From a virus (Duplodnaviria > Caudoviricetes): 43,206 nt of DNA. A program made the translations under genes and the position numbers. Below the pieces are notes generated by a model. It did not search any database, was not told where the DNA came from, and saw only the letters and a program-made list of their open reading frames with translations. Below are positions 19,475-27,902 of the stretch, in pieces. The stretch covers positions 1 through 43,206 of the IMG/VR virus record IMGVR_UViG_3300022904_000004; one strand, given 5' to 3'. Every line of letters begins with the position of its first letter. The first letter of the stretch is position 1.

Positions 19475-20169
19475 AGACTCTCCGGGTGCCAGGTGAAATG
19501 CGGGTGGGCGATGAACGGGCGGATGGGGATGCCGAGCGTGGTCAGCTTGTCTTTCGTGTCCCACGCGCTGTGCTCCGGCGCCCACATGTACCGGTACATG
19601 ATCCTATTGATGAACACCTCGGTGGCGCCGCGCCGGGCGGTGAAGCCGACATCACGCAACTGCTGCGCCCAGATGCGATCTTCCATCTGATGCGGGCGCG
19701 CCTCCGCGAACCGGCCGCGCCGCGCCCACGAGACCTTGATCGGATCGATGTGGGTGAAGTCCCGCACCAGCGTCAGCGGGTTGGCCTTCAGCGTCTGCCA
19801 CCGCCGGTGCATGAGACGGTGCTCCACCACGGCGCGCGGCTTGCCGTCCTTCCAGTAGTCCAGCAGCAGCCCCACGTGGTCGGGACTGTGCTCCATGGCG
19901 GCCAGCCCCTCCGCCACGTAGTACTCCGGCAGACGATCGTCATCGTCCACGAAGGAGATGTACTCGGCGCCGCGCTCCGCCGCGTAGGTCACAAGACCAT
20001 CACGAATCTCCGCAATGCGGGGGGTGCCGACGTTGAGCCAACCTACAACCCGCACCAGCCCGCACGCGTCCGCCGCCTCGGTCTGCGGCATCAGGTCCAG
20101 CAGCACGCGTTGCAACGTCTCGGCGCGCCGCGGGATGGTAGGGATGCAGATCATCCATACCGGGCTCAT
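19471..20169 (-). CDS. glycosyltransferase, GT-A fold (GT2-like)
   Basis: ICIPTIPRR, YISFVDDDD (DxD), MEDRIW motifs. Confidence 0.85.
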   Translation of the reverse strand: MSPVWMICIPTIPRRAETLQRVLLDLMPQTEAADACGLVRVVGWLNVGTPRIAEIRDGLVTYAAERGAEYISFVDDDDRLPEYYVAEGLAAMEHSPDHVGLLLDYWKDGKPRAVVEHRLMHRRWQTLKANPLTLVRDFTHIDPIKVSWARRGRFAEARPHQMEDRIWAQQLRDVGFTARRGATEVFINRIMYRYMWAPEHSAWDTKDKLTTLGIPIRPFIAHPHFTWHPESL

Positions 20170-20495
20170 CGCTCAGCCCGCGCCGTGAGAAAGTCCAGCC
20201 GCTCATCCAACCGAGTGGAGAACGTCTCCGCCGTCTCGATCGAAACGGCAAGCACCGTGGCGGTCAGAATGACATCGATGATCTCTTTCATGACGTCGTC
20301 ATGCGTGTGGCTGAACCCCTTACGCGGGTTCTGACCGAGCGTGCCGAGCACCGCTTCGGCCAGCTCGCCCGCTTCCTCCTGAAGCTTCAAACACTGCGCC
20401 AAGGTGGCCGCAATGCCCGTGAGCGGGGAACGCATGATGATCTGATCACGGCAACGCTCGGCGTTGCTGATCAGCTTGCTGACGATTCCGCTCAT
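20166..20495 (-). CDS. MazG-like nucleotide pyrophosphohydrolase
   Basis: KLQEEAGELAEAV...GQNPRKG...KEIIDV (EExxE...ExxD). Confidence 0.85.
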   Translation of the reverse strand: MSGIVSKLISNAERCRDQIIMRSPLTGIAATLAQCLKLQEEAGELAEAVLGTLGQNPRKGFSHTHDDVMKEIIDVILTATVLAVSIETAETFSTRLDERLDFLTARAER

Positions 20496-20902
20496 CCCCG
20501 GCACCCCCCGCAGTGCAACCCGACGCACGCCGGGCTGTGGCCCGCCAGCACGCGCGCCGTCATGAGCACCACGAGCACGGCGATCAGCAGGCCCCACAGG
20601 ATGACGTGCCGCGCCATCCACAGCAGCCAGCCCGTACCGAGCACGGCGGCCAGCCCGGCGCCGGCAGCCACCACGTAGCGCGGCGCTTTGGAGCGAGGCT
20701 CCCGCAGACGCTGGTAGCGCACCACGAAGCGGCCGGTACGCCGCGCCTCCTCCTCGCTCTCCGCGTCCGTCCACACGGTGCCGATCTCACCGCGCCGCTG
20801 CATCACCTTCAGCTCGGCCAGGAAGCGCCGCCGCTCCGCCGGTAGACAGCTGGCCGTTCCCTCCGGCGTCAGGGCACTCGGCACCACCAGCTCGCGCGTC
20901 AT
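20492..20902 (-). CDS. two-TM membrane protein with Cys-rich tail
   Basis: Two hydrophobic helices, C-terminal CVGLHCGGC. Confidence 0.65.
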   Translation of the reverse strand: MTRELVVPSALTPEGTASCLPAERRRFLAELKVMQRRGEIGTVWTDAESEEEARRTGRFVVRYQRLREPRSKAPRYVVAAGAGLAAVLGTGWLLWMARHVILWGLLIAVLVVLMTARVLAGHSPACVGLHCGGCRG

Positions 20903-21249
20903 GACCGCTCCTTAGTGGCTGGAATGTGGGAGTAGTGAAAGTTGATCTCCACCCAGAAACCGTCACGCAACATGGACGCCAGCTCCGGATTGGTCACCTT
21001 CTTCGTGACCGTCACTTCATCGCCGTCCACCACAATCTCGGGAGTCGGCAGGTAAACCATGCGCGTCTGGCCGCCATGTCCGTGGATGGTCACCAGCTCT
21101 GCCGCGCTGGCGTAGATGGCCGTGGAGCTGGTGGCGGTCAGCCAGCGGAGCGCGCAAATGCCGTCATCGAACTCAACGCCTTGCGCCACCTTCCCCGTAC
21201 CCGAGACGCCCGTCTCGTCCTGATCACGTTGCAACTCGAACAGCCTCAT
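20899..21249 (-). CDS. conserved phage hypothetical protein
   Basis: FELQRDQDETGVSGTGKVAQGVEFDDG...IHGHGG pattern; coupled overlaps. Confidence 0.7.
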   Translation of the reverse strand: MRLFELQRDQDETGVSGTGKVAQGVEFDDGICALRWLTATSSTAIYASAAELVTIHGHGGQTRMVYLPTPEIVVDGDEVTVTKKVTNPELASMLRDGFWVEINFHYSHIPATKERS

Positions 21250-21884
21250 GCCGCCACCAGCCCGTCACGCAGCTCCGTCATACGGCGGCGCTCCGCCGGG
21301 CTCGCGCCGCCGTACAGTCCACCCCATGCACCCGCCGGCTCCTCGCCGGCGAGTGCCATTTCCAGGCACTCCTGCCGCACTGGGCAGCGGAAGCACAGCT
21401 CATCGCGTGCTCGCTCCAGTGCGCCGGTCACGCCATCGATGGCGCGGTCCATCAACCAGACGGCGTCCAGCTTGGTGCGGCAGGCGCCCGCGTTCAGATC
21501 CGGGATCTCCGCCGTGCTGTGCCGCTTCACGTTGGTCATGTAGATCGGCAGCTTGCTGTTCACGGGAACCCCGTTCTCCGGCTTCACGGTCGGGACGGCG
21601 GGGGCGGGCGGCTCGGGCGTGAAGCGCCGCGCGTTGCTCTTCCTGGCGTTCCGGATCTCCAGGTAGTCAGCTCGCAGCTTCAGCGCGCGGGGGCAGATGC
21701 ACTTCGGCTCGGTCGCGCGATCACTGGCGAACCGGCCGCGCACCGCCTGCATCGTGTTGTGCCCGCGCGTGGCCGGGCACTCCGGCAGGATGAGCCACGG
21801 CCCATCACCGAATGCGTGCAGCGGGTGCCGCGCCCATCGCGCCGCGTTCAGCGCGTCCGCTCCGTTACTCGCCTTGCCGGTCAT
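21246..21884 (-). CDS. WhiB-family transcription factor with N-terminal extension
   Basis: C-x28-C-x2-C-x5-C then GAWGGLYGG...ERRRM; GGAGGCGAG SD before ATG 21884. Confidence 0.8.
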   Translation of the reverse strand: MTGKASNGADALNAARWARHPLHAFGDGPWLILPECPATRGHNTMQAVRGRFASDRATEPKCICPRALKLRADYLEIRNARKSNARRFTPEPPAPAVPTVKPENGVPVNSKLPIYMTNVKRHSTAEIPDLNAGACRTKLDAVWLMDRAIDGVTGALERARDELCFRCPVRQECLEMALAGEEPAGAWGGLYGGASPAERRRMTELRDGLVAA

Positions 21885-22375
21885 CTCGCCTCCATGAGGA
21901 TCCACGCCAGCCCCACAAGAAGCGCGGCCAGCAGCATCAGCCTAACTGATGTCACTAGGAAGTCAACTAGTGTTTGCGTGCCCGGGCTCTGGCGGCGCCG
22001 GTCCCTGGCCGCCCGTTGCCGCGCCGCCTCCGCCCGGCTGATCCGGCGGAGGTTCCAGCGCGGCTGCTCCAGCACGTTGTAGACCGGGCACAGCAGCTTG
22101 ATCCACAGCTGCTCCTGGCGCAGGCGCGCCCACCTCCAGCCCGGGAAGAGCATCGGCAGCGGGTAGACCTTGGCGTCCAGGTCGCTCCAGCTGGCCGGCG
22201 GGATGCCGCGTGCAGGGTCGCCGTAGCGGTGCTGCATGTCCCGGTGATACCGGCTGCTGCTCTGGCCGGTATACGCGAAGTGCCGCCCGATGATCGGCAT
22301 CCCGATCGGAGCGTGCGGCTTGCGCGTACGCCACACGTAGCACCCAGCGTTGCGCCATCCCCGCGCCCGCCTCAC
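21881..22375 (-). CDS. GIY-YIG-like protein with C-terminal TM helix
   Basis: GCYVW...FAYTGQS...HRDMQH...EQ...PVYN resembles GIY-YIG motifs; hydrophobic C-terminus. Confidence 0.55.
   Translation of the reverse strand: MRRARGWRNAGCYVWRTRKPHAPIGMPIIGRHFAYTGQSSSRYHRDMQHRYGDPARGIPPASWSDLDAKVYPLPMLFPGWRWARLRQEQLWIKLLCPVYNVLEQPRWNLRRISRAEAARQRAARDRRRQSPGTQTLVDFLVTSVRLMLLAALLVGLAWILMEAR
21939..21966 (-). promoter_or_regulatory. conserved promoter/operator copy 3 (inside CDS)
   Basis: TTGACT-TCCTAGTGACATCAGT-TAGGCT, 16-nt spacer, upstream of whiB-like gene. Confidence 0.75.
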
Positions 22376-22626
22376 TGCATGTCCTTGTGATCTTCGATCT
22401 GAGAGCGGATGGCCCTGAAGCGGTCGAACGCTTCCATCACCGCGTCCTGTGCTTTGGCCGTCTCTCGCCACCACGTGCCGTCAGCCGTTCTGTCCTGGTA
22501 GATGACAGAGGTGGCGCGGTAGATCACATCCGCCCGGCGCCATGCCCGGTACGCCACTGCCTGATCCTGCTCCAGCCCCCTCAGCCGGCGCCGCCAGAGC
22601 CACCACTGCCGGAGTGCTTTGATCAT
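22372..22626 (-). CDS. hypothetical protein
   Basis: 84 aa ORF coupled on both sides. Confidence 0.6.
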   Translation of the reverse strand: MIKALRQWWLWRRRLRGLEQDQAVAYRAWRRADVIYRATSVIYQDRTADGTWWRETAKAQDAVMEAFDRFRAIRSQIEDHKDMQ

Positions 22627-23003
22627 TGCTCTGCTCCGTCCGGCTCGCGCTGCTCACTCTGCTCCGCGAGGTGCTCCTGCTCCGCCCACTTCCGGAGTGC
22701 TCTCCAGATGGTGACGTGGGAGCAGGAGTACTGCTCCGCAAGCTGCTGGAGCGTTGCTCCCTGCTCTTTGCTCTCCACGATCCGAAGCACCTGCTCCGGG
22801 GAGAGCATGCTGTTCTTCTGCTCCGCCAGATCCGGGAGCGTGAGTAGACGCTGCTCTAGATTGCGGAGTGCTCTCACGTCGTTGCGGCGGCGCACGAAGA
22901 GCACTGCCGCCTGCCGCCGTGCTCCGTTCAGCTTGCGATCGATAAGGAAGAGCAGATCTGCTCTGTCCTTCTTGTTGACGCTCTCCGGCCCGACGTTGCT
23001 CAT
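22623..23003 (-). CDS. HTH DNA-binding protein
   Basis: LSPEQVLRIV...GATLQQLAEQYSCSHVTIWRAL HTH pattern. Confidence 0.75.
   Translation of the reverse strand: MSNVGPESVNKKDRADLLFLIDRKLNGARRQAAVLFVRRRNDVRALRNLEQRLLTLPDLAEQKNSMLSPEQVLRIVESKEQGATLQQLAEQYSCSHVTIWRALRKWAEQEHLAEQSEQREPDGAEQ
22627..22964. repeat. dense TGCTC/GAGCA cluster within HTH gene
   Basis: About 20 copies in ~340 bp by manual count, both orientations. Confidence 0.8.
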
Positions 23004-23203
23004 CGCGCCACTCCGTTGGCGTCGAAGCCACGGGAGCGGAAGGAGCGCACACGGGCGGCGCTGGTGGCGTCCACCACCATGTAGTGCCAGCCGCTCCGGC
23101 CGTGGTAGCTCCAGCGCTGCGCCACCACGCACATGCGCTCCTGCCGGTTCCGTGCGCCCACTCGGGCGGTGAACATCAGGTGCATCCATTCGCGCTTGGT
23201 CAT
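23000..23203 (-). CDS. small hypothetical protein
   Basis: ATGA overlaps on both sides. Confidence 0.55.
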   Translation of the reverse strand: MTKREWMHLMFTARVGARNRQERMCVVAQRWSYHGRSGWHYMVVDATSAARVRSFRSRGFDANGVAR

Positions 23204-25188
23204 GAGCCATTCACTTCTTTCTGTGCCGCCTCGGCCGCACGCTTCTGCCGCGCCCACGTCTGCACTTTCTTTGCGTCATACAGGTAACCGCTGAATTGGT
23301 TGCCACCATCGGCCGGAGGGAAATAGCGATCGCCGCGGCCGTCCGCCCTGGCCGCATTCCGCACCATTTGATAGGTGATTCCCAGGTGCTCGACATCGTC
23401 GGCCAGCTCGCGCAACGGCTTCAATACCTGAGCCTCGATAGCCGGACGGTCGCTGCGTCCGGTGGCGTCAGGACGCAAGTCATCTCCCAGCGCAACCGAT
23501 GGGTTGCGTCCGCTGAAGCTAGTTGCGGCGGCGCCCGTGCTCCACGGCGAGGGGGCCGGGGTAATGCCGGAGGTGGCGAATTCCCGCGCCTCCTCATCGC
23601 TGATCAGCAGCGCCTGCACAAAGGTGATTTCGTCCTGCGCCCACACCAGCCAGCGGCCCAATTCCTTCGGTTTGCGAATGGGCTTGACCTCGGGAATCAG
23701 CATGCGGAAGGTCTGCGGGGTATAGCGCGCCATGATGCGAATCATGAAGTTCTCGCGAGCGTCGGTATTGCCGTTGAACACCCTGTTGCTCATGCGTTGA
23801 GCGGCCAGGAAGTCGAACAGCCCGAAGCTGCGGCCGGCGAAGTCGAGACTCTCGAAGCCGCTCAGGGCCGGGGAGCGCAGTGGCATGGTGCGCCGCTCGT
23901 CCTGCTCAGCGGTGCTCCGGAGCGCGCTCCAGTAGCGGGCCAGCAGAGCAGCGGTCATGTTCCACTCCTCGCGCACCACGAGAGTGCGGGGACGGAGTGC
24001 GCGCTCCTCCTTGCTCAGCGCCTTGCGGATGTCGATCTCCTCCGCGATGCGCACTCCCATGTCGTGGATGCCCTGCTCCGTGGTCACGTAGAGCACTCCC
24101 GGAAGGCCCTTGGCCCACTCGTGGCTCTCCGCCTTCCAGTCGAGCACGATCACGTTCCAGCCCCACGAGAGCACCTGCATAATGATCGAGCGCATGAGCA
24201 TGCTCTTACCTGCTCCGGTGCCGGCGCTGAGCGCCATGTGCGGCGAGGCGTCCACCATCTCCGCACTCACCAGCTCCCCGTGCTCCGAACGGGTTGCTCC
24301 TACTCCCAGCACCGGGCGGTACTCCTCAGACGTGCTCCGGAGCAGAGCGGCGTACTCCGCGAACGGAGCAACCTTCGGCGGCACCGGCGGAGCACTCACC
24401 AGCAGCCGCGGGTGCCGGCCGCTCACCTGCCAGTCGTACGACGGATCGAGCATGCCGAGCTTCGCCGCGACCGTCTTCTCGATCACCCGGCGCTTGGCTT
24501 CCATGCCGCCGCTGAAGCCGGTAGGGAGCAGAATCTCCACCTTGCCGCCGCCGGGCACCAGGTAGTTGCGCGGCACGGTGATCCAATCCGTATCGCCCTG
24601 GCGATAGACGTTGTCCATCGTGTCGGCCAGCGCCATCGCGAGCGGCTCCACCACATCGCGCTGCCAGTCGCGGCGCCCCTCCACGATGGTGACCATGCGC
24701 CAGACGCGCTTGCCCGGCGTCTCCTCGGCGGCGAGCTCCTCATCGGCCACGGCGTCCGCCGCGCGCTCGAGCGCTTGCTCCCGGAGCGGCAGCGGCATGC
24801 GCAACCCGCGCTCACGGATGGAGTGCAGCTCGATCAGTACCAGCACCGGAGCGGCGGCGGCGAGATGCAGGTGCGCCAGCTGGAGCAGAAAGTGCACCTG
24901 GCCGAGCATCACCAGCACGATGACCGGCAGCGTGATCAGCGCCAGCCAGAGCAACAGGAGGCGGAACAGTAGGCGCTGGTAGCCAGCGAGGCGTAGCCAC
25001 CAATGCGGCTCGCCGCGGGAGCCGGGCGACCAAAACGTGCTGTTGGTCCAACGGATGTTGTCCAGCGGCCGGCCGAGCGCGAGGCGATACCAGAACGCCA
25101 GCCGCGGCCGGCGCGAGATGAAGTGCGCCTCGGGGTAGTGGTGATACTCGACAACCTTCTCCGTGCGGTCCCGCGTGAAGATCCCCAT
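23200..25188 (-). CDS. FtsK/SpoIIIE-family TraB-like DNA translocase, membrane-anchored
   Basis: N-terminal TM helices; Walker A AGTGAGKS; Walker B-like LVVREE; GRS...AAQR motif; C-terminal wHTH-like domain. Confidence 0.85.
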   Translation of the reverse strand: MGIFTRDRTEKVVEYHHYPEAHFISRRPRLAFWYRLALGRPLDNIRWTNSTFWSPGSRGEPHWWLRLAGYQRLLFRLLLLWLALITLPVIVLVMLGQVHFLLQLAHLHLAAAAPVLVLIELHSIRERGLRMPLPLREQALERAADAVADEELAAEETPGKRVWRMVTIVEGRRDWQRDVVEPLAMALADTMDNVYRQGDTDWITVPRNYLVPGGGKVEILLPTGFSGGMEAKRRVIEKTVAAKLGMLDPSYDWQVSGRHPRLLVSAPPVPPKVAPFAEYAALLRSTSEEYRPVLGVGATRSEHGELVSAEMVDASPHMALSAGTGAGKSMLMRSIIMQVLSWGWNVIVLDWKAESHEWAKGLPGVLYVTTEQGIHDMGVRIAEEIDIRKALSKEERALRPRTLVVREEWNMTAALLARYWSALRSTAEQDERRTMPLRSPALSGFESLDFAGRSFGLFDFLAAQRMSNRVFNGNTDARENFMIRIMARYTPQTFRMLIPEVKPIRKPKELGRWLVWAQDEITFVQALLISDEEAREFATSGITPAPSPWSTGAAATSFSGRNPSVALGDDLRPDATGRSDRPAIEAQVLKPLRELADDVEHLGITYQMVRNAARADGRGDRYFPPADGGNQFSGYLYDAKKVQTWARQKRAAEAAQKEVNGS
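23900..24400. repeat. dense GGAG(C/T)(A/G) cluster within TraB-like gene
   Basis: About 17 TGCTC/GAGCA plus about 7 ACTCC/GGAGT variants by manual count, including palindrome TGCTCCGGAGCA. Confidence 0.75.
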
Positions 25189-25227
25189 GTCATCCCGCCC
25201 CGCCCAGCGCGTGCGCGCATCCGTGTG

Positions 25228-25641
25228 TCATCGCTGCTCCTCCTCCGGCATCGGCAGTCCCAGCTTCTTCGCCTGTTTACGGAGCTGCTCCAGCTCCAGC
25301 CGGTCCTGGATGCGCTGGTTGTGCTCCGCCAGTGACGGCGGCACGGCGCTCATGTCCGGAGCGATCAGCCGGCCAACCGGCAGGATCACCAAATCGAGCA
25401 GCCAGAAGATGGGCCAACCGAGCGACCAGAGAGTGGTCGCCATCTTTGCCTCGGTCCGGTCGAACGAAGACAGCTCGATCGGCTTCTTGAGATCGTCATC
25501 GAAGAGCCGAGGGTATTTCCGAGCCTTGCGCTGCAACTCCTCCAGCTCGATGCGTCCCGCCCGCTCCAAGTAACGCGGACCAATGAGGCGCGCGGTGATC
25601 ACGATCATGACGAGATACGTGATGATGATGATCCAAATCAC
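25228..25641 (-). CDS. membrane protein (two TM)
   Basis: GTG overlaps upstream stop; hydrophobic N-terminus and WSLGWPIFWLL segment. Confidence 0.7.
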   Translation of the reverse strand: MIWIIIITYLVMIVITARLIGPRYLERAGRIELEELQRKARKYPRLFDDDLKKPIELSSFDRTEAKMATTLWSLGWPIFWLLDLVILPVGRLIAPDMSAVPPSLAEHNQRIQDRLELEQLRKQAKKLGLPMPEEEQR

Positions 25642-26471
25642 AGCGGTCGCTCCCTGTTCATCGCGTCTCGGATGATGGCGATCATGTCGGCTTTGATGGC
25701 GCGACCCTGTAGCTTCGGGCCGATCTCCGTCTGCGGGTTGTTGCGCAGGATTTGAATCGCTTTGGCGTAGAGCCGCACGGTGGCGAGGCTCAGCCCGGTG
25801 GTGGCCACCACGTCCGCCGGCTCGGTACGCTCGATCAGCATCCGCACCGCCTTCTCCAGCTCCTCGCTGGTAGCACGCGGACGGCGCGCCGCGGCGGGCG
25901 TAGCCTGCTCCAACGGCGGCCCGAAGTCGTCCGGCACGAAGCCCGGGACCGTAGCCGCCGTCACCTTGCCGGCCGGGATGACGCTCTCGCCGTCCGCACC
26001 GACAACCCACTGCTTCGGCTTCTCGGCCTGCGCCTCGGGTTCGGCGGCCGGGATCTCCTGCATCAGGCGGGCGGCGCGGATGGCCAGCAGCGCCACGGCG
26101 CCACCGATCATCAGGCCATCGATCGCCAGCGGGCCGACGATGCTGCCGATCTTGTCCCCATCGCTCAGGATGGCGAGGTCGCGAAGGTGGAAGAAGGACA
26201 CATAGCCGGCGCCGAAACCCGGGAGCAGGATCAGCATCGTGCGGCCGATGAAGTCCAGCCAGCCGCGCCGCCACGCCACGCGGACGAATACCTCCACGGC
26301 CACGAACAGGATCACCGGGAGGAAGGCGGACTGCACGATACGGATGGCCAAGTGCACGACACTGTCGGTCAGCACGGTGTGCGTGATGTTGCCGGACACG
26401 GACAGCACCGCGCCGATGGTCACCGCGCCGCGCGCCCACCCCTGGCCACTCTCCGCCTTGATCGCCTTCAT
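25638..26471 (-). CDS. DUF2637/Spd-like multi-TM protein with C-terminal HTH
   Basis: Four TM helices with SVSGN, PVILFVAVE, YVSFFHL, GPLAIDGL motifs; C-terminal HTH-like TGLSLATVRLY. Confidence 0.75.
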   Translation of the reverse strand: MKAIKAESGQGWARGAVTIGAVLSVSGNITHTVLTDSVVHLAIRIVQSAFLPVILFVAVEVFVRVAWRRGWLDFIGRTMLILLPGFGAGYVSFFHLRDLAILSDGDKIGSIVGPLAIDGLMIGGAVALLAIRAARLMQEIPAAEPEAQAEKPKQWVVGADGESVIPAGKVTAATVPGFVPDDFGPPLEQATPAAARRPRATSEELEKAVRMLIERTEPADVVATTGLSLATVRLYAKAIQILRNNPQTEIGPKLQGRAIKADMIAIIRDAMNRERPL

Positions 26472-27220
26472 CAGTGGACCTCGAATCCATCGCAGTGCGC
26501 GGCCAGCTCCAGGAAAGCGAGCCAGCGCTTCCAGATCCGATCCCAGTCCAAGCCGGTGATCTCCGCGCTCTCCAACGCGTCGATGCGCGCGCTCTCCGGG
26601 GTGGCGTGCCAGGCGGCCAACGCGTTCAGGCACTCGCGTGGCGTCACGATCCAGCCGTCATTGGTGCCGAACTTGTGAATCGGGATGGTCTCGGCGCCCG
26701 CCGGGTGGTCCTTCAACAGCGCGGTCCGCTGGTCGTGATAGGCGGTGGCACGAGCAATGTCGGCGTCCGTGACTTCCGTGCCGTCGTAGTACTTCGTGGC
26801 GTACTCGCGGGGGTCGCTGCCGTCGTGCATCGCCTCGCTGGCGATGCCGGCGCCGGTCCCGTCTTCGGGACGGTCGGGCCAGTCGGTGTACGAGTAGCTG
26901 GTTTCGTAGACCATGCCGAGATCGAGCATCGCCCGGCGCACCATGCCCATGCCCCGGATGTTCAGTCGGAAGTAGCTGCGCTCGGTCGCGTACACGCGCT
27001 CCAACGCGCCGCTCACTTTGCGCTGCGCTTCCGCGTAGCGGGGCGTGGCGTTGGCAAACGGCGACTCGCCGAGCTGATCGATACCCTGCCGGTAGGTACC
27101 GCGCTCCGCCTTCGGCAGTGCGTCACGCTCCTGCACTGCGGCATGGAACGCCTCATTCGCCTTCGCCACCGCGCGCTCTTCGCCTTCCGGCTTGATCACG
27201 GTGTGCATGTCGTAACCCAT
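26471..27220 (-). CDS. hypothetical protein, first gene of the transfer-like operon
   Basis: GAGGCGAG SD; SYFRLNIRGM, KFGTNDGWIVTP, DGFEVH motifs. Confidence 0.7.
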   Translation of the reverse strand: MGYDMHTVIKPEGEERAVAKANEAFHAAVQERDALPKAERGTYRQGIDQLGESPFANATPRYAEAQRKVSGALERVYATERSYFRLNIRGMGMVRRAMLDLGMVYETSYSYTDWPDRPEDGTGAGIASEAMHDGSDPREYATKYYDGTEVTDADIARATAYHDQRTALLKDHPAGAETIPIHKFGTNDGWIVTPRECLNALAAWHATPESARIDALESAEITGLDWDRIWKRWLAFLELAAHCDGFEVH

Positions 27221-27290
27221 CTCGCCTCGCCTCAAAGTTGGGGGTCCGCCCCGGGTGACAGGAAACTGACGTCCGGGGCGGCTCGTCTTC

Positions 27291-27318
27291 ATCGTACCCC
27301 GTGTCACTCGGATGTCAA
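27291..27318 (-). promoter_or_regulatory. conserved promoter/operator copy 4 (drives TraB-like operon)
   Basis: TTGACA-TCCGAGTGACACGGGG-TACGAT, 16-nt spacer; 5' leader hairpin 27246-27281. Confidence 0.8.
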
Positions 27319-27363
27319 CTAGTGCAACTTGCACATTTACCGGGGCGTAACGATGCCGGACAG

Positions 27364-27393
27364 CAAAACGGCGCGGACCGAAGTCCGCGCCGT
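27364..27393 (-). terminator. intrinsic terminator with cUUCGg tetraloop
   Basis: Minus strand ACGGCGCGGAC-TTCG-GTCCGCGCCGT-TTTG. Confidence 0.85.
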
Positions 27394-27414
27394 CGCCTTG
27401 AGCTCGCCGTCTCG

Positions 27415-27768
27415 TTACTGCTCCACCACCCGCAGCGGACCGAACGTGCCAGCCAGCACCGCTGGTGTCTGACCGATCTGTCCAGGCGCCACGTACGCCG
27501 TGCCGCCGCCGCCGGGATCGGCGAGGCGGTATTGCTTGTCATCGCACAGCAGCCAGTGCCGATCGTGGCAGTCCAGCACCAACTTCGGATGGACGGCCTC
27601 CGGTGGCGCGAGCCCTGCCGCCTCGCGCTCCGCCAACCGATCGGCCAGCTGCATGTGCGCCTCCGCCAGCCGCGCCAGCGCGTGCATCCCCTCGTGCCGG
27701 TTGCCCTGCTGCCTGCCCCGATCCAGCAGCGCCGCCGCCTCCGCCAGGTAGAACCCACTGTCCTGCAT
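27415..27768 (-). CDS. hypothetical protein
   Basis: GAGGCGAGG SD; followed by terminator. Confidence 0.65.
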   Translation of the reverse strand: MQDSGFYLAEAAALLDRGRQQGNRHEGMHALARLAEAHMQLADRLAEREAAGLAPPEAVHPKLVLDCHDRHWLLCDDKQYRLADPGGGGTAYVAPGQIGQTPAVLAGTFGPLRVVEQ

Positions 27769-27785
27769 CGCCTCGCCTCTCGTGT

Positions 27786-27902
27786 CTGATCATCCAGAGG
27801 GCCGCACCTCGCGACCCGGAGCATTCAGAGATAAACGCGCCCAGCTGGCAAGCGCGCTGCTCCGGGTACTTACCTCGAGGTGCGGCAGTCAGGAGAATCA
27901 GG
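27786..27902 (-). other. long intergenic RNA stem-loop A
   Basis: Perfect 11-bp (27801-11/27876-86) and 10-bp (27814-23/27858-67) inverted repeats, closed by CTGAT.../GGATGATCAG. Confidence 0.7.
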
